From: a virus
Taxonomy: Duplodnaviria; Caudoviricetes
DNA: 61,432 nucleotides
Reading direction: 5' to 3' (one strand)
IMG/VR virus record: IMGVR_UViG_3300031933_000107
Span: 1-61,432 of that record
This document shows positions 47,744-57,211 of this stretch, in pieces (positions within the stretch are counted from its first letter, which is position 1; each line of letters begins with the position of its first letter). A program made the translations under genes and the position numbers. The notes beneath the pieces are model-generated. The model did not search any database. It saw only the letters and a list, made by a program, of their open reading frames with translations, and had not been told where the DNA came from.

Positions 47744-48363
47744 TATTCTTGTGCACTATTGCACTGCATCAGGCTCATGCTGAAACAATTACCGGCAAAG
47801 TGGTTGAGGTTTCTGACGGGGATACCATTACTATCTTGGTGCCGGGCAATAATCAGCGAAAAGTACGACTTGCCGAGATTGATGCTCCTGAGCGCGGCCA
47901 ACCATACGGATCAAAGGCAGCTCAAATGCTGGCCGATATGGTGGCTGGTAGATCGGTGCAGGTTCGCTCAAATGGTGCGGACAGGTACGGTAGAACTATC
48001 GGGCGGGTGTTTTCATCTGGGCGTGACGTGAATAAATCAATGGTTGAGATGGGCGGTGCTTGGGTTTATCGCCAGTACATGACAGACCCTGATTTTTTAA
48101 TGGTCGAGAAAAAGGCGCGTGCAAGCATGGCAGGTCTATGGGCTCTACCTGAATCGGAGCGAATTCCGCCTTGGGATTGGCGCAGACATAAACGTAAGCC
48201 TGTCGCATCAGTTGCCCCCAGCACTCCAGGTGCCTGCGGTATGAAATCAACTTGTGGCGAAATGAGCAGCTGCGCCGAGGCGCGGTTTTATCTGAAGTCA
48301 TGTGGTATTCATCGCCTAGATGGTGATGGCGATGGCACCCCGTGCGAGTCAATTTGTAGATAA
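47710..48363 (+). CDS. Secreted thermonuclease (SNase family) with Excalibur Ca-binding domain
   Basis: Signal peptide; DGDT, RLAEIDAPE, DRYGR; C-terminal CGEMSSCAEA..LDGDGDGTPCE. Confidence 0.9.
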   Translation: MVPVLFRQAAIVFLCTIALHQAHAETITGKVVEVSDGDTITILVPGNNQRKVRLAEIDAPERGQPYGSKAAQMLADMVAGRSVQVRSNGADRYGRTIGRVFSSGRDVNKSMVEMGGAWVYRQYMTDPDFLMVEKKARASMAGLWALPESERIPPWDWRRHKRKPVASVAPSTPGACGMKSTCGEMSSCAEARFYLKSCGIHRLDGDGDGTPCESICR

Positions 48364-48390
48364 CCCTCCCCTTCAGCATAAATACAGAAC

Positions 48391-48413
48391 AGCCCGCTTC
48401 GGCGGGCTTTTTT
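48391..48413 (+). terminator. Rho-independent terminator
   Basis: AGCCCGC-TTCG-GCGGGCT followed by a T-run. Confidence 0.9.
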
Positions 48414-48431
48414 GTGCCCAATTAAAATTTA

Positions 48432-48475
48432 TGTACTTTTGGTACTTGACCTAATGTGTACTTATGGTTCATAGT
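48432..48475 (+). promoter_or_regulatory. PL-like promoter with two operators
   Basis: TTGACC, 18 bp, CATAGT; operator matches at 48432-48446 and 48457-48471. Confidence 0.75.
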
Positions 48476-48504
48476 CTCATCAACATAGCAGGCCAGCCCT
48501 GCAC

Positions 48505-48517
48505 CGCTCTTTAAAAA
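48505..48517 (+). promoter_or_regulatory. boxA-like antitermination element
   Basis: CGCTCTTTAAAAA just downstream of the PL-like promoter. Confidence 0.65.
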
Positions 48518-48796
48518 CCAAAGATCCCGCACCAGATCCACGCCTGCAGCACTATCGCAGTCGTCGGCGGTTAATCGTCTGGTACATGGTGGCTATGTAA
48601 CCACCCACTGCTCCGCAGTGCTTCCCGAATACTCCCTCTTCGCTTGGCCTAAGAACGGCCAGCTGTACCGATGACAGTCTGACGGTTGATAAGCAATCGC
48701 CCAGCTGACAGTGGCGTGTAACTGCAGCAAGTGACACCTGAATATTCCGTTTGCGCCTTCATTGAGGGCGCATTCTGAATCAACAGGAGAACCACC

Positions 48797-48982
48797 ATGA
48801 CAAACCTGCACAGCTTCAGTGAGCGCAACTACATCATGGCAATGCGCAACAAGGCAAAAGCACGCGCCGAAAGGCTTGCCAAGTTCCAGATCGTTATCGA
48901 GTCGGTACACCCCGGCCACTTCGGCCAGCTCCCGCCATCACCAGAGGAGTTGGAATCAAAAGCCTTCCTTCTCGGACTCTGA
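48797..48982 (+). CDS. Small early hypothetical protein
   Basis: AGGAG RBS; first ORF of the early operon. Confidence 0.6.
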   Translation: MTNLHSFSERNYIMAMRNKAKARAERLAKFQIVIESVHPGHFGQLPPSPEELESKAFLLGL

Positions 48983-49039
48983 AAATTCTCGCTGCGCATT
49001 CTTACGAGTGTGCAGCCGGAATTGAAACAGGAGGACCTT

Positions 49040-49420
49040 ATGAAAGGCGCAAGAGAATACGCACGGCTTTTCGAAACAGGACAATACGGAAGGCTTTATT
49101 TGGTCTCTGGGAGCCATGCCAGGGGCAAGACATTTCGCGTCTATATTCTGCCCGCTAACGAAGAGGCAAAGCAGAACGGGCCTCACAATCCACCGCTCAA
49201 TAAAGATGCAGTTGAAGTCTATGGCATTACCGGCGGTCAGCCTGGATGGACAGAGACTTATGGCTGGCTGCATGAGGGGAGATGGCAAGAGGATTTCGAT
49301 CTCTTAGTTGAGCAGCGGCGCAGTGAAGTAGCCGCACGTGAAATTGCGAATGAAGAGGCCCAATCGGATGCCAATAACACTGAAACCCAGCGTGTAGCGT
49401 CATTGCTCGCTACGTACTGA
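49040..49420 (+). CDS. Hypothetical early protein
   Basis: AGGAGG RBS, 126 aa. Confidence 0.75.
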   Translation: MKGAREYARLFETGQYGRLYLVSGSHARGKTFRVYILPANEEAKQNGPHNPPLNKDAVEVYGITGGQPGWTETYGWLHEGRWQEDFDLLVEQRRSEVAAREIANEEAQSDANNTETQRVASLLATY

Positions 49421-49440
49421 ACACTCTGCCGGATATAGCC

Positions 49441-49626
49441 ATGAGAAATCTATTCAAGCGGCAGCGTAGCCGCACACAGGTCATCGTCTTGCGCGGTGAC
49501 GGATGGATTCACCCTGATAGTGACGTTGCAAACGAGAAGCGGCGCATTCGCTGGATGTATCGGCGCCTTGCACGCAATCGGCAGCCAACGTTGCAGTTTG
49601 ATATTCCGATCTATAAGCAGGAGTAA
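49441..49626 (+). CDS. Hypothetical basic protein
   Basis: Co-oriented ORF in operon. Confidence 0.5.
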   Translation: MRNLFKRQRSRTQVIVLRGDGWIHPDSDVANEKRRIRWMYRRLARNRQPTLQFDIPIYKQE

Positions 49627-49631
49627 TCGCC

Positions 49632-49967
49632 ATGTACGACCACGGAGCCAATTTGCGTGCCCAGGCCGGTGCGCTGGAAGAATTGTTGTTTGAACGTAGT
49701 GATGAAATCACCGAGCTGGTGGATGTGTTCATGGAGTCCGGTTTAACCATCGGTAACCGCTGGCACAAGCTGCGTGATGCACATCTGGCCTTCTTTGAGT
49801 CGCCTCAGTTTGAAGACTGGGATCAGCGCTCAATGCAGCCGGGATTGACTGATGCGCAGAAGCAGGCACTGGCTACCGAGTATGAAGAACTGATGCAGGC
49901 CTATATCCGGCACTACGTTGAGATGCTGGAGCCTGAATTGACTCGGGAAATGGAGGACGCGGCATGA
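49632..49967 (+). CDS. Hypothetical protein
   Basis: RBS and ATGA coupling. Confidence 0.7.
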   Translation: MYDHGANLRAQAGALEELLFERSDEITELVDVFMESGLTIGNRWHKLRDAHLAFFESPQFEDWDQRSMQPGLTDAQKQALATEYEELMQAYIRHYVEMLEPELTREMEDAA

Positions 49968-50197
49968 GCACCATCACTCTTTACGCCTACTGCTGGGCAA
50001 TCGGTGATACCGAAACCATCCGTTACCGCGCCTTCCCGATTGAGGATGACGAACGGCGTCTGAGAATGATCCAGATCGCAGAGGTTGAAGTCGAAGTGCC
50101 GGATATTGACCCGGTTGTACTGGCCGCCGCCAAGCGCTGCGGGTATCTGCAGTATCAGGCGGCAAAACGAATTAAGGAACAGGAGAACGCAGCATGA
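49964..50197 (+). CDS. Hypothetical protein
   Basis: Coupled at both ends. Confidence 0.65.
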   Translation: MSTITLYAYCWAIGDTETIRYRAFPIEDDERRLRMIQIAEVEVEVPDIDPVVLAAAKRCGYLQYQAAKRIKEQENAA

Positions 50198-51063
50198 ATG
50201 CCATCGTACAACAGGCCCAGGAACGGGCCTTAAGCCAGTGGTTTGAATCCAATCCTTGGGCAGCTATGCGCGGAATTGACGAAGCCATGTGGAACGCCCT
50301 TTGCACCACTATTTACCCGGGCGCAAAAACCGAGTCAATTCTGATGGCAGTCGATTACTGCAAGGCCCGTAGTTTGGACATCATGTTGAAGCCCGTCCAT
50401 CTGGTGCCTATGCAGGTCAAGGATGCGCAGACCGGTAATAAGGCGTGGCGTGACGTTCCGATGCCAGGTGTCGGGCTTTACCGTATCCAGGCTGATCGGT
50501 CTGGAGATTATGCCGGTGCGGATGAGCCTGAGTTCGGGCCGATCATCGAAGCTGAGTTTGACGGTCAGGATTACCAGAAGAATCCGATCAAGGTAAAGGT
50601 GCGCTACCCAGAGTGGTGCAAGTACACCGTCTACAAGATGATCGGGGGGCAACGAGTTTCGTTCAAGGCTACCGAGTTTTGGCTGGAAAACTATGCCACT
50701 CAGTCAGCCTACAGCGAAGCGCCGAACGCCATGTGGAAGAAACGACCCTTCGCACAGCTGGCCAAGTGCGCCGAAGCGCAAGCCTTGCGTAAAGGATGGC
50801 CCGAGATCGGTCAGGAACCAACAGCCGAGGAAATGGAGGGTAAGGCATATATCGAAAAAGATATCACCCCACCCCGTCAGGCAGATAGCGCACCGGTTGC
50901 GCTGGAGCATTACCCGGCTGATTCCTTTGAGCAGAACTTCCCCAAGTGGAAGGCCGCCATTGAAGCAGGCAAACGCACCCCGGAGCAGATCATCCAGACA
51001 GTCGAATCAAAGGCTGCGCTGACACCGGAACAAAAACAGCAGATTGAAGGAGTAGCAGCGTGA
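50194..51063 (+). CDS. bet: Bet/RecT-family ssDNA annealing protein
   Basis: YCKARSLD...KPVHLVP...YRIQADRSG.YAG..EP...MWKKRPFAQLAKCAEAQALRKGWP. Confidence 0.9.
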   Translation: MNAIVQQAQERALSQWFESNPWAAMRGIDEAMWNALCTTIYPGAKTESILMAVDYCKARSLDIMLKPVHLVPMQVKDAQTGNKAWRDVPMPGVGLYRIQADRSGDYAGADEPEFGPIIEAEFDGQDYQKNPIKVKVRYPEWCKYTVYKMIGGQRVSFKATEFWLENYATQSAYSEAPNAMWKKRPFAQLAKCAEAQALRKGWPEIGQEPTAEEMEGKAYIEKDITPPRQADSAPVALEHYPADSFEQNFPKWKAAIEAGKRTPEQIIQTVESKAALTPEQKQQIEGVAA

Positions 51064-52730
51064 ACATCTTATCCCTGCAGCAAGGCACCCAGGCATGGCA
51101 CGAAGCGCGTGCCAAGCACTTCACCGCAAGCGAAGCACCGGCAATGGCCGGTGTTTCCAAATATACCAGCCGGTCAGACCTGCTGAAGCAGAAGAAAACC
51201 GGTATCGCCCCCGAGGTTTCGGATCACCAGCAACGCATCTTCGACCGCGGCCACGCAGCAGAAGCCGCGGCACGATCTATTGCCGAGGAGACAATCGGAG
51301 AAGAGTTGTTTCCGTGTACCGCCACCAGTGACGAATACCCGCACCTGCTGGCCTCATTCGATGGGGTCACAATGCTGGGTGATGCGATCTGGGAACACAA
51401 GCATATCAATGACGAATTGCGTCATGCGAATGTCGATACACTGCCCGAGCATTACAAGGTACAGATGGATCAGCAGCTGCTGGTATCCGGCGCTGAGAAG
51501 TGCCTGTTTATGGCCAGCGATGGCACAAAGGCCGACTGCAACTGGTTCTGGTACGAGTCCACGCCGGAGCGATTCGCAGCCCTGCTTGCTGGCTGGGAGC
51601 AATTCAAGGCGGATCTGGATGCCTACGAGCCGCAGCCGGAAAAGGTTACCGCCACCGGTACCGCCCCTGATTCGCTGCCAGCTCTGGTGGTGGAGCTGAC
51701 CGGCGCCGTGCGTGCAAGCAACTTGGCCGAGTTCAAGGATATCGCACTGGCTCGCATTGCCAGCATCAAGACTGAACTGGTCACAGATGAGGACTTCGCC
51801 ACCGCTGAAAAGACGGTCAAGTTCTTGGACAAGGCCGAGAAGGAGCTGGAGAACACCAAGGCTGCAGCACTGCAGCAGACAGCCAGCATTGATGAGCTGT
51901 TCAAGACCATTGATCACCTCAAGGCGGAAATGCGCGACAAGCGGTTGCTGCTGAATCGGACAGTGAAAGCTGAGAAAGAAAACCGCAAGGCGCAGATTGT
52001 CGAGCAGGCGGATAAAGCCTTTACCGCTTGGCTGAATCAGCAAGCATCACCGGCACCGGTCAACGTCCACTTTGCCCCCGCTATTGCCATGAAGGGCAAA
52101 AAGACCATCAGCAGCCTGCAGTCTGCCGCCGATGACGCCCTGGCCGCAGCCAAGGTGGAGGCCAAGCAGCAGATCGACCTGTTCAAGTCGAACCTGGCGA
52201 TCCTGGAAGCCAAAGGCAAGGAACACCGCTTCCTGTTCAGTGACTGGAAGCAGCTGATTGCAAAGCAGCCGGAGGATCTGGAATCAACAATCACCGCTCG
52301 CATTGCCGAGCATGAGCAGCGTGAGCAGGCAAAGCTGGAAGCCGAGCGTGAGCGTATCCGCAGCGAGGATGAAGCCAAGGCCAAGGCCGAATCGGAACGC
52401 CTGCAGCGAGAAGAGCAGCGAATCCAGCAGGAGCAGGAGGCGAAGCAGCGCGCTAAAGACGAGCAACTTGTTCGTGAACATGCGGAGCGCACGGAGCAGG
52501 CAGCACCAACTACAACGCCTGTTAGCGAACGACGCGAACACCCGGCTCCACCGGCGAAACTTCACCCGCATGAGCTGATCGATGTGGCTGCCGAGGACAC
52601 CGTTACAATTAGCCGTGCCGAGTATGAGCAGCTGCTGGCTGATCAGGCAAAGCTGCACGCCCTTGAGGGTGCAGGTGTCGATAACTGGACAGGTTATGAC
52701 GATGCCATGGAGGCGCTGGCCGCAGCGTAG
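51060..52730 (+). CDS. YqaJ/lambda-exonuclease-family protein with coiled-coil tail
   Basis: QGTQAWHEAR...TASEA...GHAAE...LASFDG...WEHK...QMDQQL. Confidence 0.9.
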   Translation: MNILSLQQGTQAWHEARAKHFTASEAPAMAGVSKYTSRSDLLKQKKTGIAPEVSDHQQRIFDRGHAAEAAARSIAEETIGEELFPCTATSDEYPHLLASFDGVTMLGDAIWEHKHINDELRHANVDTLPEHYKVQMDQQLLVSGAEKCLFMASDGTKADCNWFWYESTPERFAALLAGWEQFKADLDAYEPQPEKVTATGTAPDSLPALVVELTGAVRASNLAEFKDIALARIASIKTELVTDEDFATAEKTVKFLDKAEKELENTKAAALQQTASIDELFKTIDHLKAEMRDKRLLLNRTVKAEKENRKAQIVEQADKAFTAWLNQQASPAPVNVHFAPAIAMKGKKTISSLQSAADDALAAAKVEAKQQIDLFKSNLAILEAKGKEHRFLFSDWKQLIAKQPEDLESTITARIAEHEQREQAKLEAERERIRSEDEAKAKAESERLQREEQRIQQEQEAKQRAKDEQLVREHAERTEQAAPTTTPVSERREHPAPPAKLHPHELIDVAAEDTVTISRAEYEQLLADQAKLHALEGAGVDNWTGYDDAMEALAAA

Positions 52731-52919
52731 GCCAATGTCCGACTACCTCATCTACCTGAATAAAAGGCTGGTCACCACGATCAGCCTTTCTTGTTTTCCC
52801 CGCTGCAACGGGACGGCAGTTGCCACCCGGCACGCCCGGCAGCTTTTCAAAAATCCCAATGTCCGCGCCGTTTTGGTGCGGTGATCAATTCGCAAATAAA
52901 AACCAACAGGAGAAGCCCA

Positions 52920-53258
52920 ATGGCTACTGACCTGCATACCCTGCTGCCCGACCTCGACGGTGGCGTGTTTGAACAGAAAATCGCTTCAGTTCTTTCTGAT
53001 GTTGCCTTTGGCGTCGTGACGCATGGGCGCCAAGGCAAAGTCACCATTGAGTTTGACCTGAAACAGATCGGTGAAACCCAGCAGGTGAACGTGAAGCATT
53101 CACTTAAATACATCAAGCCGACGAAGCGCGGCAAAGCAACAGAGGAGGACGCAACAGTTACCCCGCTCTATGTCGCCAAAAATGGCGACCTTTCGCTCTT
53201 CCATCCTGACCAGATGGACTTTGGATTCAAGAACCGCAAAACCGCAGAACAGGAGTAA
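52920..53258 (+). CDS. Conserved phage protein (YfdP-like)
   Basis: DLDGGVFEQK..LSDVA.GV...GKV...PTKRG...EED...TPLYV; precedes DUF2303 gene. Confidence 0.75.
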   Translation: MATDLHTLLPDLDGGVFEQKIASVLSDVAFGVVTHGRQGKVTIEFDLKQIGETQQVNVKHSLKYIKPTKRGKATEEDATVTPLYVAKNGDLSLFHPDQMDFGFKNRKTAEQE

Positions 53259-53264
53259 CACCGA

Positions 53265-54077
53265 ATGTCACTGACACCCGAAGCAATCAACCGTATCGCT
53301 GAGCTTTCCGCAAATACCGCCATTCCGGTCACCACCCTGACCAGTGATCAGGCCGTTGCCCTGCCGGAAGCCATGCGCATCCATGATCTTGAAAAGTTCA
53401 TGCCTCTCCGTCGCCGTTTCCGTGGCGAAATGAACACCGAACAGGTTGCCGCCTTTTGTGAATACACCCAGCACCAGAGTGCCGCCGAGGTGTTCATCAA
53501 CACCGATGATATGCAGGCTGCCGCCTTCTTCGATATGGGTAACCGAGAAGAGCCTGGCCACTGCGAGCACCGTGCAGCACTTTCACTGAACAAGACAGCC
53601 GCCTATTCCGCACTGTTGAAAATCAACGGTCAGACCAACAGTCAGCGCGAACTGGCCGAATGGCTGGAAGATTGGGGCCGCTTCGTTGAGTGCTTCGATG
53701 ATGAAGAAAAGCCGCTGCATATCAGCAAGGCGCTGGCCTCCGTACGCAAGATGACGATCGAAACCGCGCGCAAGCTTGAATCCGAAGAGAACAACATGGG
53801 CCAGAAGCTGTCGGCCATGGAGCAGATTGACGTGCGCTCTGCCGGCCAGCAGTTGGGCGGCATCCTGTTCACTTGCACACCTTATCCGAGCTTTGAAGAG
53901 CGCACCTTCCGCCTGCCCCTGAGCGCCCTGACCGGTGGTGACAGTATCCGCCTGAAACTGCGTGTTCAGGAGCTGGAAGCCACCAAGGAAGAGATTGCCG
54001 ACGAGTTCCGCGGCAAGATCGAAGGCGCGCTGGCCGGCGACAGCTTCAACGTCTGGATGGGCACGTTCAAGGCCTGA
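53265..54077 (+). CDS. DUF2303 (YfdQ-like) protein
   Basis: DLEKF...RRRFRG...PGH..H.A.L...QRELAEWLEDW. Confidence 0.85.
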   Translation: MSLTPEAINRIAELSANTAIPVTTLTSDQAVALPEAMRIHDLEKFMPLRRRFRGEMNTEQVAAFCEYTQHQSAAEVFINTDDMQAAAFFDMGNREEPGHCEHRAALSLNKTAAYSALLKINGQTNSQRELAEWLEDWGRFVECFDDEEKPLHISKALASVRKMTIETARKLESEENNMGQKLSAMEQIDVRSAGQQLGGILFTCTPYPSFEERTFRLPLSALTGGDSIRLKLRVQELEATKEEIADEFRGKIEGALAGDSFNVWMGTFKA

Positions 54078-54137
54078 TCCAAAACGGCGGTGCCTGCCGG
54101 TACCGCCTTATTTCGCACTGAATGGAGATCCCCGCCC

Positions 54138-54617
54138 ATGCAAAAGTACATCGGCACCAAAACCATCAACGCCCAGCCCGTGAGCCGCAAGGAATACAAC
54201 GACCTGCGCGGCTGGACTGTTCCAGCAGACGAGAGCCCGGCAGATGAGGGTTATCTGGTCGAGTACATCGACGGCGGCCAAGCCAACCCGGACTATGCCG
54301 GTTATATCAGCTGGTCACCGAAGGAAGTGTTTGAGCGGGCGTATCGCCCCACCACCAACATGACCTTTGGTGATGCGCTGGTGATGCTGAAGGAAGGTAA
54401 GCGTGTATCTCGGGCAGGCTGGAATGGTAAGGGCATGTTTGTGTACCTGGTCCCAGCGAACAGCTATCCAGCACAGACTGACGCAGCCCGTGACTGCTTT
54501 GGCGAAATGGTGCCATACAACCCCTACATGGCAATCAAGAATGTCGATCACACCGTCAGCACTTGGGTGCCAAGCGTGAACGATGCACTTGCCGAAGATT
54601 GGATGCTGCTCGATTAA
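54138..54617 (+). CDS. Fusion of a YIGTK...SWSPK domain and a Tad2-like (DUF2829) nucleotide-sponge domain
   Basis: C-terminal MTFGDAL..LKEGKRVSRAGWNGKGMF...WVPS.NDALAEDW matches the Tad2/DUF2829 signature. Confidence 0.82.
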   Translation: MQKYIGTKTINAQPVSRKEYNDLRGWTVPADESPADEGYLVEYIDGGQANPDYAGYISWSPKEVFERAYRPTTNMTFGDALVMLKEGKRVSRAGWNGKGMFVYLVPANSYPAQTDAARDCFGEMVPYNPYMAIKNVDHTVSTWVPSVNDALAEDWMLLD

Positions 54618-54641
54618 CCCCACAACTGGAGACCCACACCC

Positions 54642-55016
54642 ATGAACGAACAGCAACAAGAAGCCGAGATTCAAACCAAGAACCTGAATGCGCCCCGCCT
54701 GACGCCTTCCGCCATCGACTCAGTGATAGCCAGTGAGCATTACTTTACCGCACGTCATGGTGTTGTTGGTGTAGAGCTGGATGCTGGCCTGATTGATGAG
54801 GCCAGTGAAATCAATACACCTGACGCACTGCGCCTACTGACCTTCTGCGTTCTGGTGCTGGAGAATGGCTTTACCGTTACCGGCGAATCGGCGTGCGCAA
54901 GCCCTGAAAACTTCGATGCAGAGATCGGGCGAAAGATCGCCTATGAGAATGCGCGGCAAAAAATCTGGCCGCTCGAAGGGTATCTGCTGAAGCAGGCTTT
55001 GCACGACGGCAAGTAA
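54642..55016 (+). CDS. N4 Gp49/Sf6 gp66-family protein (Acb4-like sponge)
   Basis: LTFCVLVLENGFTVTGESACASPENFDAEIGRKIAY..A..KIWPLEGYLL. Confidence 0.8.
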   Translation: MNEQQQEAEIQTKNLNAPRLTPSAIDSVIASEHYFTARHGVVGVELDAGLIDEASEINTPDALRLLTFCVLVLENGFTVTGESACASPENFDAEIGRKIAYENARQKIWPLEGYLLKQALHDGK

Positions 55017-55024
55017 CCACAACC

Positions 55025-55051
55025 AAGCCCCGCCAGCCGGGGCTTTTCTTT
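55025..55051 (+). terminator. Rho-independent terminator
   Basis: AAGCCCCG/CGGGGCTT followed by TTCTTT. Confidence 0.75.
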
Positions 55052-55064
55052 GCAAGGAATACAG

Positions 55065-55469
55065 ATGATGCAGAAATACTGTTGCGATGGTTTCACTGAG
55101 GAATACCACGAATCCTTACCGGCGACACCATTCCCGCCTGAGATTGTCGTGGATCTCAAAGAGTACATACAGGCCAGGCCGATCAACACTCTTCAGGATG
55201 CCATAGATGCACTGGATGAGTCTGTGCTGATCATGTTTGAAGGACTTAGAGATAGAGGTCTGAATGATGCGTCCGATGTCCTTTACGGGCATATCGAAAC
55301 GAACATCACCCAGATGATCAAACCGCACGGATCTGACCTGAGTGATTGGGCTTGTCCTAATGATGAATGCGAGTGCGAGAAGCGCGCGCAGCAAATGAAA
55401 AACGATCAGCCTGAATGCCAAGCATTCTCTGCGGGGTTGTGTGCCACAAAGTGTGAGGACTGCCAATGA
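55065..55469 (+). CDS. Hypothetical Cys-rich protein
   Basis: ORF coupled to dUTPase. Confidence 0.55.
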   Translation: MMQKYCCDGFTEEYHESLPATPFPPEIVVDLKEYIQARPINTLQDAIDALDESVLIMFEGLRDRGLNDASDVLYGHIETNITQMIKPHGSDLSDWACPNDECECEKRAQQMKNDQPECQAFSAGLCATKCEDCQ

Positions 55470-55885
55470 TCTACTTCAAGAAACTGCATGAGAACGCGCA
55501 GCTGCCCACCCGCGGCAGCGAAAACGCCGCCGGTCTGGACCTGTACGCCGTTGAGCGAATGGATATCTGGCCGGGTGCCCAGGTAATGATCCCCACTGGT
55601 CTTGCCGTTGCCATCCCTGCTGACCACTACGGTCGTATTGCACCCCGCTCCGGCCTTGCCGCCAAGTACGGCATACAGGTTCACGCCGGGGTGGTGGACA
55701 GTGACTATAGGGGAGAAATGCGCGTCTGCCTGATCAATCACGGTGACAAGATGGTGGAGATCAAGCCGGGTGATCGCATTGCCCAGCTGATCATTGAGAA
55801 GTGCCTGATCGTGCCGGCAGCATGGGCGGATGAATTGGACGGCACCGAACGCGGCGCCGGAGGCTTTGGTAGTACAGGACTGTAA
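55466..55885 (+). CDS. dut: Trimeric dUTPase
   Basis: AGLDL, PRSG, GVVDSDYRGE, GDRIAQL, RGAGGFGSTG. Confidence 0.96.
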   Translation: MIYFKKLHENAQLPTRGSENAAGLDLYAVERMDIWPGAQVMIPTGLAVAIPADHYGRIAPRSGLAAKYGIQVHAGVVDSDYRGEMRVCLINHGDKMVEIKPGDRIAQLIIEKCLIVPAAWADELDGTERGAGGFGSTGL

Positions 55886-55887
55886 CC

Positions 55888-56199
55888 ATGAACGTGAACG
55901 CAGTACTCCATGACGTGAAGGAGACAGACAAATCCTTGAAGGCCATCGCAGCCGAACACGGTTTGAAGAGCGGCCTTCACGTTACCAGCCTGTACCTGGA
56001 ATATGGCATATCAAAAGCATTCATGAAGGCACGCGCCGACCGGATGCGCCGATTGAATGCCAGCAGGCCCAGACCTAATGGGCGTGGGCCCAAGAAGCAA
56101 CGCGATAAATTTCACCGGCCAGAGCCAACGGAGTTCATCAGGGAGTCAATGACCGGTGACGGTTTCTCACTCTACTGGCTCGGGAGGGAATGGGTGTGA
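55888..56199 (+). CDS. Hypothetical HTH-like protein
   Basis: SLKAIAAEHGL helix pattern. Confidence 0.55.
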   Translation: MNVNAVLHDVKETDKSLKAIAAEHGLKSGLHVTSLYLEYGISKAFMKARADRMRRLNASRPRPNGRGPKKQRDKFHRPEPTEFIRESMTGDGFSLYWLGREWV

Positions 56200-56708
56200 T
56201 TTTACCGGATAACGGACGCTACAGAGCGAACAAGTACAAGCAGGCGGAATACCCGCTACCGCCTGAAGTGATTGATGACTTCGATAACTCGCTACTGTCA
56301 TTTCGTGAAATCTGCCTCAAGCACGGGTACGGCCAGAAGTCTCTCGCCGGCGTGCTGCGTGATCACTACGAGTACGATCTGCCGAAGCGCGCAGCTGACA
56401 TTGCAAAGCGCAGACGGGAGAAAGGCCACAAAGAGCGGCGCGAGGCAATCAAGACCGCCAATCGTGATGCCGTATTGCATGCGCTTGACCATACCACCCT
56501 GTCCACTGCAGAGATCGCCAAGGAGCTGAAGATCCCACTGAAAGCCCTGTACGACATTCTGCGTGATCTGAATTACGACACCGAAGCGCGAGGCCAGCGG
56601 ATCAGGATTCAGCGCGCCGGCCTGGAACGAAAGCCCGACCCAATGGATGCCCCTATGTGTTCAATCAGCCGGGAGTGGCTCGGTAAACCTTGGAGAACAA
56701 CACCGTGA
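56190..56708 (+). CDS. Hypothetical double-HTH protein
   Basis: SFREICLKHG and STAEIAKELKI repeats. Confidence 0.6.
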   Translation: MGVILPDNGRYRANKYKQAEYPLPPEVIDDFDNSLLSFREICLKHGYGQKSLAGVLRDHYEYDLPKRAADIAKRRREKGHKERREAIKTANRDAVLHALDHTTLSTAEIAKELKIPLKALYDILRDLNYDTEARGQRIRIQRAGLERKPDPMDAPMCSISREWLGKPWRTTP

Positions 56709-57211
56709 GAACAGAGAGCACCAGCGTGACAGATACAGCAATAGAAAATCTTGTGATCCAAGGCTTCGATCTGGATAACGCCCCCGTGGATGCCACGCAT
56801 TACGACACCAAGCTGAAATCTTGGATAAAGATAAAGGCCACACCTAGCGGGAATGAATATTACTGGTACAACCAGCACGGTTGGCAGCCGTTCGCTAACT
56901 GTGATCACGATCAGGAGAGACTTGTGGAGATAAAGCGGCCTGACAAGATCATTCAGAAGCCCACCGTGAAAAAGCCCAGTATGGCCGAGATGTACCCGAA
57001 GTATTACAAAGACTTCACTGGTGTAGATGAGGCCGATGTGTACCTGGTTCACGACCGCTTCCAGATCGATGACCCGTCCGGCTGCATCCACCACGCCAGT
57101 AAAAAGCTGTTGCTGTGTGGCGTCCGCACCGGCGGCAAGGATATGGCAACCGAGATCAAAGAAGCCCGCGACACGCTGACGCGAAAGCTGCAACTGATGG
57201 GGGTGGAATGA
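56705..57211 (+). CDS. Conserved phage hypothetical protein
   Basis: C-terminal DVY.V...F...DP...HA.KKLL..G.R.G.KD...I.EA motif common in phages. Confidence 0.65.
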   Translation: MRTESTSVTDTAIENLVIQGFDLDNAPVDATHYDTKLKSWIKIKATPSGNEYYWYNQHGWQPFANCDHDQERLVEIKRPDKIIQKPTVKKPSMAEMYPKYYKDFTGVDEADVYLVHDRFQIDDPSGCIHHASKKLLLCGVRTGGKDMATEIKEARDTLTRKLQLMGVE

